64,000 nucleotides of DNA from a virus, in IMG/VR virus record IMGVR_UViG_3300024329_000007, positions 15,937 to 79,936 of that record; one strand, 5' to 3'. Below, in pieces: positions 16,869 through 25,620 of the stretch. Below the pieces are notes generated by a model, which searched no databases, was not told the origin of the DNA, and saw only the letters and a list, made by a program, of their open reading frames with translations. The position numbers and the translations under genes are program-made. The first letter of the stretch is position 1, and each line of letters begins with the position of its first letter.

Positions 16869-17763
16869 TCAAAAAAGAATCTAAATCATCATCCGTACTA
16901 ACTTTAGAATCTGTACTTGCAGTTGTAGTTGCAGAACCTGCAGTTTCTGCTACTTTAGCTGGTGCTGGTTTTTCTTCTTTCTTTGCAGATCCGGTTATGG
17001 CTGCAATAGACTCTCCTGGGTTAAGGTACATACGAAGTACATCGTTAACAAAGCTACGCATATCTTCATCCCATGCTCTGTAGTCATAGTTAGCTAATGA
17101 TGGTGCATTGTCTAATTCTGTTTTGATCGTCGCCATTGTCTCTTTATTTCTTTCAGCTGGTGCATCTTCTAAGATAATTGCTGATTTACTTGCAGAGAAT
17201 TTAGACTTGTCATAGTTGTTGTATTCACCTTGTCTTGTGATAATCAACTCAAAGTTCTTTCCTTCAAAAAGGTCAAATACTTGTGTTGGCTCCCCAAAGT
17301 CTGGTTTTAATTCAGCATCGATCTTCTCTTTGATCTTATACCCGAATTTAAATACTTTGTACTGTCCTTCTAAATCTGGATTTTGTGGATCCTTTACGAT
17401 TTTAATAAGTGCATAATACTGCTGACGTCTTTTCAGTTTCTCAGATGCCTTACGGTCAACTGCTGAGTCAGACTTTCTTAATTTCCAAAATACGTCTGCA
17501 ATAGGACATTTCTCTCCGATTGTTGATGGACTGTCTACTAATTTACCATCTCCTGAAGAGTTAGTTAACCAGTGGACATATTTTTGGATTAGTGAGTTAC
17601 GAGGGTTTTCTGGATTAGGTACAAAACGTATTAATGCTTTGTAAGTTCCGTCTTTACCATCGTCTGCTGTTGGTTTGTAAATCTCATTTGTTGAGTTACT
17701 TGTTTGTACTTGGTGAGTTTCTACGTCTTCTACGCCCAAGTTAAAAATGTCAAAATCTGCCAT
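16852..17763 (-). CDS. Single-stranded DNA-binding protein (T4 gp32-like)
   Basis: ALIRFVP, STIGEKCP, DPQNPDLEG, FKFGYKI, YDKSKF; acidic tail DDDLDSFLNDL. Confidence 0.92.
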   Translation of the reverse strand: MADFDIFNLGVEDVETHQVQTSNSTNEIYKPTADDGKDGTYKALIRFVPNPENPRNSLIQKYVHWLTNSSGDGKLVDSPSTIGEKCPIADVFWKLRKSDSAVDRKASEKLKRRQQYYALIKIVKDPQNPDLEGQYKVFKFGYKIKEKIDAELKPDFGEPTQVFDLFEGKNFELIITRQGEYNNYDKSKFSASKSAIILEDAPAERNKETMATIKTELDNAPSLANYDYRAWDEDMRSFVNDVLRMYLNPGESIAAITGSAKKEEKPAPAKVAETAGSATTTASTDSKVSTDDDLDSFLNDLDI

Positions 17764-17848
17764 AATTCCTTTAAATTGTTTAATTGTTTAATACTTGAAA
17801 TAACTTTAATGTCCTTTCATTCCTTATAGTATGCTACTTTATTTAGTT

Positions 17849-18031
17849 TCAAATAGTTTGCAATGTTAATATCGTACTTTCATTTTCTCTCCATCTACCG
17901 TCCTTAAGCTTAAGCAGCCCTGCCTTGTGTAGTAATGTATCACGCTCAATTGCAGTGATTTTATTATCTTTCACCATTTTTATTAGGACTCTGTCTAGAC
18001 TGAGAAAGTCAGTAGTAACTAACATATACAA
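17849..18031 (-). CDS. Small hypothetical protein
   Basis: 60-aa ORF with promoter motifs at 18062-18087. Confidence 0.55.
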   Translation of the reverse strand: MYMLVTTDFLSLDRVLIKMVKDNKITAIERDTLLHKAGLLKLKDGRWRENESTILTLQTI

Positions 18032-18188
18032 GTTATTTTAATTGTTTAAGTAACATATAGGTTATATATCTAAGTTTAAAATTGTTTCTAAATTAGCTTA
18101 AAAAAATTAATTTGAAAAAAAGTTGAAATAGTTTGGAACAAAGCCAGTAGGCTTGCATATAAGTAATGTATTTAAAGGAAAGATAAGG

Positions 18189-18839
18189 TTAGTTCAGAGC
18201 GTTAGCAGTATAAGCTACAAGATAGCAAGCATCAATAAGGTCATCAAAAGGTTTAGGCACCTTTTTCCCAGTTTCAATTTCCCTAACATATTTATAGAAA
18301 GAGCTTTTAAGCAGAGACTTGTCATTAGCGGTATTTGCTTTAAAGGCATCAAATAATTGTAGCTTACTCATATTACCTTTACCTGCAAACTTCTTAAGAG
18401 AGGTTGGAGCTACAGTCAAGATATCTTCCGGCTTTAAAGTCTTTATCATCTTTAATTTTAAAATAGCAGCACCTGCTGCCATGTCAATCATATTATTAGT
18501 TCCCATTTTAGAACCATAAGAAGAGCCTTCAAATGCAATAGTAAATCCATCAGATTCAAATGTATTCTGTGCAATTAAATTAAGAATATCATCAGCCATC
18601 CTGTCATATCTTTTAACTTTAGCTAATTCTGATTTTGAATAATCTTTATTACTTGTGAAATCTGGCTGAGCCACTAATGTGACATCTGGTAAAATGCTAA
18701 TTTCTTCCTGCATTTTTTGTTCAGCCTTAGTACCTGATTTAGGCTTAAGATAACTTATAAAGTGATACACTTTACTTTTATCATTCCAGATACAAATACC
18801 TGGTGAGTTTAATGAGAAGTCTACTCCTATAAAATTCAT
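18189..18839 (-). CDS. RuvC-like Holliday junction resolvase
   Basis: IGVDFSLNSPG, AFEG, APTSLKKFAGKGN, DDLIDA catalytic pattern. Confidence 0.8.
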   Translation of the reverse strand: MNFIGVDFSLNSPGICIWNDKSKVYHFISYLKPKSGTKAEQKMQEEISILPDVTLVAQPDFTSNKDYSKSELAKVKRYDRMADDILNLIAQNTFESDGFTIAFEGSSYGSKMGTNNMIDMAAGAAILKLKMIKTLKPEDILTVAPTSLKKFAGKGNMSKLQLFDAFKANTANDKSLLKSSFYKYVREIETGKKVPKPFDDLIDACYLVAYTANALN

Positions 18840-19214
18840 TTAAATTCTTTTACCCATTGCAGCACCAAGAGCGGCACCAACTAATCTGGAAGTTAATAAA
18901 TCGTAAAAAATACCTTTTTGAATTCCTAAAACTTTAGCAATAACCTTTCCAATTGATTTACCTAATGCAAATCCAGCTAAACCACCTATAATAGAACCTA
19001 GAATACCTTCATTAGTCATCTCTTCATTTAAACGATCTAAATCATAAGTACCATCCTTTCTTTTATATTCAGCTTCAAATGCTTCAATAGCCGCATCTAC
19101 TTCAGCTTCTAATTCTGGAGTCCACTCTTCTTGTAAGCCCTCTTTGACTAAAGAATAGTCCTGCTCACTAATTTCGTTTTCTACTAAATAATCGTTAAAT
19201 GTTTTCATATTCAT
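18840..19214 (-). CDS. Putative virion protein: capsid-targeting-like leader, acidic pro-region, glycine-zipper C-terminus
   Basis: MKTFNDYLVE...MTNE|GILGSIIGGLAGFALG...LVGAALGAAMG; GATATATA at 19231-19238. Confidence 0.55.
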   Translation of the reverse strand: MNMKTFNDYLVENEISEQDYSLVKEGLQEEWTPELEAEVDAAIEAFEAEYKRKDGTYDLDRLNEEMTNEGILGSIIGGLAGFALGKSIGKVIAKVLGIQKGIFYDLLTSRLVGAALGAAMGKRI

Positions 19215-19241
19215 AATATTTTTTATAAAGTATATATCTTT

Positions 19242-19793
19242 TTATTCTATTTCTAGTCTAAGATCTAGTTTATTGTAAAAAAATGAAACCTCAAATGTAT
19301 TAAACTCTGCTACGTTCTGTGCCATATTAAGACTTAATTCATTTATTGAGTTCATAATCGGTTTTTGAAATTCCATATATGCAACAGAAGCTCCCTCGGC
19401 ATCTAAAATTCTTAATGTTAAAGGCTGAGTATAAGGTTCTTTTGTACTTCTTGCATAATAATAAAGCAATGTGTCCATCATAATCCAATAATTAATAAAA
19501 CCATCTAATAATTGCATGGTCACTGTAAATTCTCTTTGAATTGTATTTTGAATTGGAACTGCTCCCCTGTGATACCTTGTGGTTCCATCATTATCAGCTT
19601 GAGTAATTGGATCAAAAGAAATTCCTGGCACATTAATACCCTGTATAGAATAATTAATATAATCAATAGGCTCTGCTAATAAAGATCCCGGAATTCTATT
19701 TAAATACGATTTGTATTTATTTGCAACTTCTTCTGGTACAAATTTTCTAGGAAATCTAAAATCATAAAGGTTATTTCTGCTATTTAAAATCAT
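19242..19793 (-). CDS. Tail tube-fold protein (gp3/gp19-like)
   Basis: IQGINVPGISF...FTVTMQLLDGFINYW...FEVSFFY pattern; about 180 aa; tail context. Confidence 0.55.
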   Translation of the reverse strand: MILNSRNNLYDFRFPRKFVPEEVANKYKSYLNRIPGSLLAEPIDYINYSIQGINVPGISFDPITQADNDGTTRYHRGAVPIQNTIQREFTVTMQLLDGFINYWIMMDTLLYYYARSTKEPYTQPLTLRILDAEGASVAYMEFQKPIMNSINELSLNMAQNVAEFNTFEVSFFYNKLDLRLEIE

Positions 19794-19806
19794 AATATCT
19801 TATATC

Positions 19807-22272
19807 TTAAAGAAGATTGTCGTTTTTAAAATCATCAGAGCTAAAACCAGTATTTTGGCCTCTAGCACCACTTCCTCCGCCGCCGCTTCTACCGCTTCTA
19901 GGTGATTTTTTAGGATTTCCATAACTACTTCTATCCGGTTCGTATTGTAGAGGAGGTCCTTTTACAAAGTTAACTCCAGAAGGCCCGACTTTAACAGGCT
20001 TTACATTATCTTTAGGATTTACAAATTTTGGACCCGAGTTCCCTTTAATTGAAGCAGTTGCTCCAGTTTCACTTATAGACGCCACCGACGGTGTTGGTGG
20101 TAAATCTTCTTCAGCTACAGTTCCAGGATCTTCTGGCGCTGGCGTCGGTGCCGGTGTCGGCGTTGGCGTTGGCGCCACATCTGGCGTTGGTATTGGTTTT
20201 GGTGTTGGTGCTACCGGAAGGTTTGCAACCCATCTACCACTTGTAATCATAGTCTCATCAGTACCATTATCCATACTTATATAAAAAGTTCTAGAACGAA
20301 GGCCTCTAATAGCAACTGCATTAGCTTCACTTAATTTAAAAAGAACTTCACCGTCTCCCATATTAACAGACTTATCTATTATATGATTAAATTTTAATTT
20401 ATTTTTACCATCGACAAACGATAATACAATATTTTCTACATTATTTAAAGGTATATTAATAATATCACCAGTTTTATTTTTAGCTAATTTAAACTTTAAA
20501 TAAGTACTGAATGGCGGTATTACAATCAATAAGTTAGCACTTGAAGTATAAGGCTTACTATCAACTTCTTCTAATCCACCTTCTACTTGTTGCATTCCAC
20601 TTGAGCCCACAACAACGTTATATCTTTCTATAAATGCCGGAACTTTTTTAATACTTCTAGCTGGCATCATATTAGAAATTAAACTACCTACTTTTCTATT
20701 AGTTGAAATGTTAGGAAGAATATTATAAACCTCAGTTAATGTATTGTTACCATTAATGTTTACCTTCTGCAATCTTTTACCGTATCTACCAGCTTGTGCA
20801 GTTGTTATGCTAGCTCGTTTTACTATTTGTGTATTATCAGTTTGATTCCAAATTCTCATAGTTACATCTATTGAAAAATTAACTGCAACGTTTGAATTAA
20901 TTATAACAGGTCTAAAAACAATAGGAGTATCAAAATCTTCATATTGTGAATATGTTGTACTAAATGTTTTAATATTAGAAACACCTACTTGTTCAAAAAC
21001 ATCAACATCAAACATTACCATAATATCATCACCGCTAAGTTGAATTTTATCTAATAAGTATCTTTCAAAACCAGCAGTACTTCCATCTCTTTCACCATAT
21101 AATCTAAAATAATCTCCGTCAGTAGCATCTTCAACCACTACAGTAAAATCTTGAAATTCATCTTCTCTAGAAATAGTAAATTTATTTTCTTCAGCAGTGT
21201 GTATAAAATCAAATTCAGTACTTGACTCTATTCTAGAAATCAATTTAAAATTAATACCATAATTACTATCTGCTTTTAAATCAGAAGAACCTATAGATCC
21301 ATCTCCAAAAAACCTATTTAAAAACTCTGTATTTTGGTTAACTAAAGTAGGAACTTTAACTTCGATAAATTTAGCAAATAAAGTTTCTCCTAAAACAAAA
21401 GGCCTAGGATTAGCTAATTCGTAATTAGATGAGTTTAAATAAACTAATTGTGTAAGATTATTTTCTACACCGGATTCTCTTTCTGCTAAAACTTGAAATA
21501 AAAACCCTTCATAACCCCTAGATGCAAAACTATATCCACTTCTTAAGTGTAATCTAATAGTATCATATTTAATATAATTAATATTAGCAGTGTTGTCTAC
21601 TTGAGAATTTAAAACATCAGTTTCATTAGAACCATTCCAGTTTGGATTATTATTTAAATAATTATAAGCATCGTATGCTCCAGTAGAATCATAACCAATA
21701 AGTGCATATCTATTCGCGTCATTTAAATGTTTAACTGCGTGAAATCTACCTAGTATTTGATTTATATCATTACCTGCATTTTCATCTGGATTTGCAAAAA
21801 GAGGGTTAGCCCTACTTGCTACTGTAATTTTACCACCAATTAAATTATCTGCTTTATATTCAACTTGTCCATTCTGAGTTGGTGTATAAGTTGCAATATA
21901 TGTCACTGGTGAATAACTATAAACACCCAATGCTCCTGTAATTTCAAAACTAGATTGCTCTGCTAATGATAATCCAGATAAATCAAATTTATAAGTTTTA
22001 CCATTCTGTAAAAGAAGAGTTCTTCCAGCAAAATTTTCTATAGACAAATAACCTGATGCTGAAGTAACATCAAAGTTAACCACGTTACCACCCAATTCAC
22101 TTATTAGGTGTCTTTTTTGTGTAGAGTCACCTTGTACTGTATCTATAAATTTAACTTCACTACCATTGTCATCTACTTCTATCTGATATGCAGAAGGATT
22201 ACTTTGATCGTGATAGATAAATTCAATTAGTACGTCGTTATCTATTCTATAATATGCTGAAGATTGTGCCAT
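19807..22272 (-). CDS. Virion structural protein with Pro/Thr-rich C-terminal extension
   Basis: 821 aa, beta-rich, tail module context; PTPKPIPTPDVAPTPTPTPAPTPAP tract. Confidence 0.55.
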   Translation of the reverse strand: MAQSSAYYRIDNDVLIEFIYHDQSNPSAYQIEVDDNGSEVKFIDTVQGDSTQKRHLISELGGNVVNFDVTSASGYLSIENFAGRTLLLQNGKTYKFDLSGLSLAEQSSFEITGALGVYSYSPVTYIATYTPTQNGQVEYKADNLIGGKITVASRANPLFANPDENAGNDINQILGRFHAVKHLNDANRYALIGYDSTGAYDAYNYLNNNPNWNGSNETDVLNSQVDNTANINYIKYDTIRLHLRSGYSFASRGYEGFLFQVLAERESGVENNLTQLVYLNSSNYELANPRPFVLGETLFAKFIEVKVPTLVNQNTEFLNRFFGDGSIGSSDLKADSNYGINFKLISRIESSTEFDFIHTAEENKFTISREDEFQDFTVVVEDATDGDYFRLYGERDGSTAGFERYLLDKIQLSGDDIMVMFDVDVFEQVGVSNIKTFSTTYSQYEDFDTPIVFRPVIINSNVAVNFSIDVTMRIWNQTDNTQIVKRASITTAQAGRYGKRLQKVNINGNNTLTEVYNILPNISTNRKVGSLISNMMPARSIKKVPAFIERYNVVVGSSGMQQVEGGLEEVDSKPYTSSANLLIVIPPFSTYLKFKLAKNKTGDIINIPLNNVENIVLSFVDGKNKLKFNHIIDKSVNMGDGEVLFKLSEANAVAIRGLRSRTFYISMDNGTDETMITSGRWVANLPVAPTPKPIPTPDVAPTPTPTPAPTPAPEDPGTVAEEDLPPTPSVASISETGATASIKGNSGPKFVNPKDNVKPVKVGPSGVNFVKGPPLQYEPDRSSYGNPKKSPRSGRSGGGGSGARGQNTGFSSDDFKNDNLL

Positions 22273-22284
22273 AATTTTTTATAT

Positions 22285-23091
22285 TTAAAACCTCAACCAC
22301 TTAGGTGACCAATATACTCCTAAACCAATAGAAGGGCCAGTACTAATTACTTGATTATTATTTAAGTTTATTCCATACCCAACTCCTATTCCGATAGACC
22401 AACCAGATTTTTTTTCATATCTTTGGTTTAGTTTAGTATTTATCAGGTTTATATTTTCAATATCAGAGATAATTAATCCAGGATATGTTGTTGATAATTT
22501 AAGTCTATTTGAACCTTCTACGTTTTCAATTGCTGCACTTAAAGATAATGTTTGATCTATATTAAATTGACTCTCACCTATTATATAGAATTTACCACCA
22601 CTAAATCTAACAGTAGAAGAACCTGTTAATGTTCTAGTATTCCCTTTGCTAAATATATCAAACTTATTGTACTTTATTTCACTTGTAGTAGAATCAATCT
22701 CCACGACGCTAGTTGATGCTAATAAACTATCTTTAATTGCAAGTTCAGCAGAAATCAAAGTATTTACTTCATTTAAATCTTTATTTAAATTAAGAGCATT
22801 TGTATACTTTTTAATCATGTCTTTCTGATCGTCTTTTAGGTTTATTATATCAAATTCATAACTTCTAATCGTGCTAATTAACTCACCAGTTCCGGTTTTA
22901 TAAATTTCTATAGAGTCTTTAGAAGCTAAATAATTATTAAAGTTTCTATCTGAAGTTTCTTGTGTAGTTTTTAAATCTCTTTTAAGTTTTTCAGTCTGTT
23001 CACATTGTCTTAAAAATAATAAAACGAAAAGAACACCTAGTACAAAACCAAGTGTGCTTTTATTAGATAATATTTTTTTTAATTTATTCAT
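22285..23091 (-). CDS. Membrane-anchored coiled-coil protein (possible spanin-like)
   Basis: N-terminal hydrophobic helix ending FLRQC, a coiled coil, and C-terminal amphipathic strands WSIGIGVGYG...IGLGVYW. Confidence 0.4.
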   Translation of the reverse strand: MNKLKKILSNKSTLGFVLGVLFVLLFLRQCEQTEKLKRDLKTTQETSDRNFNNYLASKDSIEIYKTGTGELISTIRSYEFDIINLKDDQKDMIKKYTNALNLNKDLNEVNTLISAELAIKDSLLASTSVVEIDSTTSEIKYNKFDIFSKGNTRTLTGSSTVRFSGGKFYIIGESQFNIDQTLSLSAAIENVEGSNRLKLSTTYPGLIISDIENINLINTKLNQRYEKKSGWSIGIGVGYGINLNNNQVISTGPSIGLGVYWSPKWLRF

Positions 23092-23108
23092 TATTTACTT
23101 TTTAATTA

Positions 23109-25619
23109 CTAAACCATTGTTGTATTTAATTGTATTTGTTTAAATTCTACATCTAATTGAGAATAATCTACACGATCAAATCCATCTGCATGTTTAATTA
23201 CAGCATTCTCAGGAATTTCATCAGACATTACACCTTGGAATAATCCAACTCCGTGTACTAAGTCCTTATATTCAAAACTATATATGTTTAACCCACTTGG
23301 CGATTCACCAATTTTAGTTATATTCTTCTTTAATCTTCTATCAGACGTGGTTTTTGTTGGGCTGGTACTGCCTGGTGAGACTAGAGGAATTGGCGACGGT
23401 GATGGTGTTCCTGGTGGAGATACTACGATCGGCGTTGGCGTTGGTGTTGGCGTCGGCGTTGGTGTCGGCGTTGGTGTTGGCGTCGGCGTCGGTGTTGGTG
23501 ACGGAGACGGATTAAGTACAACAGGGTTTTTCGGCCCCGGCGTCACTGGCGCTGGCGTCGGTACCGGTGACGGCGAAATAGGCGATGGTGATCCTGGAGT
23601 CGGCGTTATTATCTGAGTATTACTTAATGTTTCATTATAGGTTGCTAATCTTTCATTTTGATTAAAAACTTCATAAGATTTATCATTCGTTGGATATGTA
23701 AAGTTATAATACAACATGACGGCATAAAGGCCATCAGGTGTTGTAGTTTTCCAATCAAAATCCTCAACATTTAAAAAGTCAGCCTCTATCTCATCTGCTA
23801 ACAGCACCCCTGGAGTTGATCCGAAAACAGTAGATTGATTTTCTTCACCAAAACCATCGTTAATTACAATTGTTGTAGGCTTTTTCTTAGCTATGTTAAA
23901 ATAATTACCACCTGGCGGTATTGCACCCCAATATTCTTCGGTGTAATTATCTTCGAAACCATCTGTATTTTTAAAACCATCTATTTGAATCATTATTGGA
24001 AATAATATCCAATGTGCCGCGGCATTTCTATATGGCCAATAGATTGGTGATGGGAAAACAGCTACCCTACCTTTTATGTTTTGAGCCATTTGTGAGCCAC
24101 TTGCAGGCGTATTGTCAGCACCATATTCTCCATTTAAATTCATACCATTACTATAATGGATAGTATTTAAAGGTGCTGGCATGTAATTTATTTGACCCGA
24201 TGCTGTAACTTGGTGGCCAATTTTAGTATATGTAATTTTACTTTTTGAAGGTCTTATTGCCATCCTAAGTGCTTGTGCATTAACTAATGTCTGGTTTTGG
24301 TTACTAACTTTTTTATGTACTCTAAATTGATTAGTAGATGTTAACCAGGTAGCATCAAGAAATCTAACCCATGAGTTAGATGCAAATGCAGAATCAGTAT
24401 TACCATCTAAAGCAAGGTCACCAAAATCTGAAGTTGTACTAGGTTGATAAAAATAATCATCAATTCTTCTTTGGCTTTTAGGAGTACCTTCATTTGGCGC
24501 GTCTAATTCGCCAGCGCCTAATGAGCCACCTTCATCTGCTTTATACAAAATACCACGACCGGATTCATTAATTTGCAAATCTCCTAGCAGCTCTGTAGTA
24601 TTTTTAATAGATATTGCATTATCAGTAGTTGAAAAACCATCACCTATTGAAACATTTACTGAAACTAGTTCAGTTCCACCAGCATACATTCTTAATACAT
24701 CTTCATCAGGTGCTTCTTCTGCAGTAATATAAGTATCTTGATCGGCATCAATTAATCCACCTAAACCTCTCCAATCAGAACCATGTCGACCCTCAAATTG
24801 ATCAGTATCAGTATTAAACCTAATTTGACCCTGGTTGGTATCTAAAGTTCTTTCGGCAGTAGTACCAGCCGGCAGGCGAATTGACGAAGTATTCGTCCAA
24901 ACAGATTTAGCATAAAACAAAGTTTCAAGATCAAATTCCACGTTATGTACATTAAGACTGTTAACCGTATCATGAAATTTAATAACGCCATTCCCTGGGT
25001 CTATATCTATAGTTAACCCTTGTGAACTTAATTGTATATCATTTTCAGCTGAAAGATTAATGCTATTTACAGCGATTTGAAAAGCTAATTCACTTGTAGC
25101 AGATCCAAAATCTTTTTTAAATCCAAAAGTATCAACGCTATTTATTATATCGTGAGTAAAATTTAAAACTTTATCTGGTGCAATTCTAAAAGATTTAAAA
25201 TGATCATACTCTCCTGGATCTAATTCTAACGTAATTCTAGCATTTGCTGTAGTTTCACCAGTAAGATCTTGTCCAGAACCACCCTCATTAAAAGTTGAAT
25301 CTCCAAGCCATAAGGCTGACGCACTAGCGTCTCCATCTAATTTTGGTTTAAGTATATGTGAATTATTTGAAACATTAGTTACGCGCTCCCATGGAGTATC
25401 TGAGACTCCAGGATCACCTTGGTCACCTTTAGTTCCAATTTCACCCTTTTCACCTTTAACACCAGTTGCACCTTCGGCACCTTGTTGTCCCTTAATTCCT
25501 TGTATACCCTGTGGACCTCCTCCATTAATTAAAATTTGATCAAAGTTATAATTGATCTTTTCAAACTTTATAGAGTCTGAATCGCTTGGGTGTAAAATCT
25601 CTTTTATATTGATTGCCAT
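23109..25619 (-). CDS. Tail fibre protein with collagen-like segment and C-terminal peptidase S74 chaperone domain
   Basis: Gly-X-Y run (GPQGIQGIKGQQG...), LPAGTTAER..GQIRFNTD, GGLIDADQDTYI, (PT)n linker, SDRRLKKNI...VDYSQL. Confidence 0.8.
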   Translation of the reverse strand: MAINIKEILHPSDSDSIKFEKINYNFDQILINGGGPQGIQGIKGQQGAEGATGVKGEKGEIGTKGDQGDPGVSDTPWERVTNVSNNSHILKPKLDGDASASALWLGDSTFNEGGSGQDLTGETTANARITLELDPGEYDHFKSFRIAPDKVLNFTHDIINSVDTFGFKKDFGSATSELAFQIAVNSINLSAENDIQLSSQGLTIDIDPGNGVIKFHDTVNSLNVHNVEFDLETLFYAKSVWTNTSSIRLPAGTTAERTLDTNQGQIRFNTDTDQFEGRHGSDWRGLGGLIDADQDTYITAEEAPDEDVLRMYAGGTELVSVNVSIGDGFSTTDNAISIKNTTELLGDLQINESGRGILYKADEGGSLGAGELDAPNEGTPKSQRRIDDYFYQPSTTSDFGDLALDGNTDSAFASNSWVRFLDATWLTSTNQFRVHKKVSNQNQTLVNAQALRMAIRPSKSKITYTKIGHQVTASGQINYMPAPLNTIHYSNGMNLNGEYGADNTPASGSQMAQNIKGRVAVFPSPIYWPYRNAAAHWILFPIMIQIDGFKNTDGFEDNYTEEYWGAIPPGGNYFNIAKKKPTTIVINDGFGEENQSTVFGSTPGVLLADEIEADFLNVEDFDWKTTTPDGLYAVMLYYNFTYPTNDKSYEVFNQNERLATYNETLSNTQIITPTPGSPSPISPSPVPTPAPVTPGPKNPVVLNPSPSPTPTPTPTPTPTPTPTPTPTPTPIVVSPPGTPSPSPIPLVSPGSTSPTKTTSDRRLKKNITKIGESPSGLNIYSFEYKDLVHGVGLFQGVMSDEIPENAVIKHADGFDRVDYSQLDVEFKQIQLNTTMV
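23394..23605. repeat. GC-rich hexamer tandem repeat encoding (Pro-Thr/Ser)n linker
   Basis: ggcgttggcgttggtgttggcgtcggc... in frame within the tail fibre gene. Confidence 0.85.
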
Positions 25620-25620
25620 A

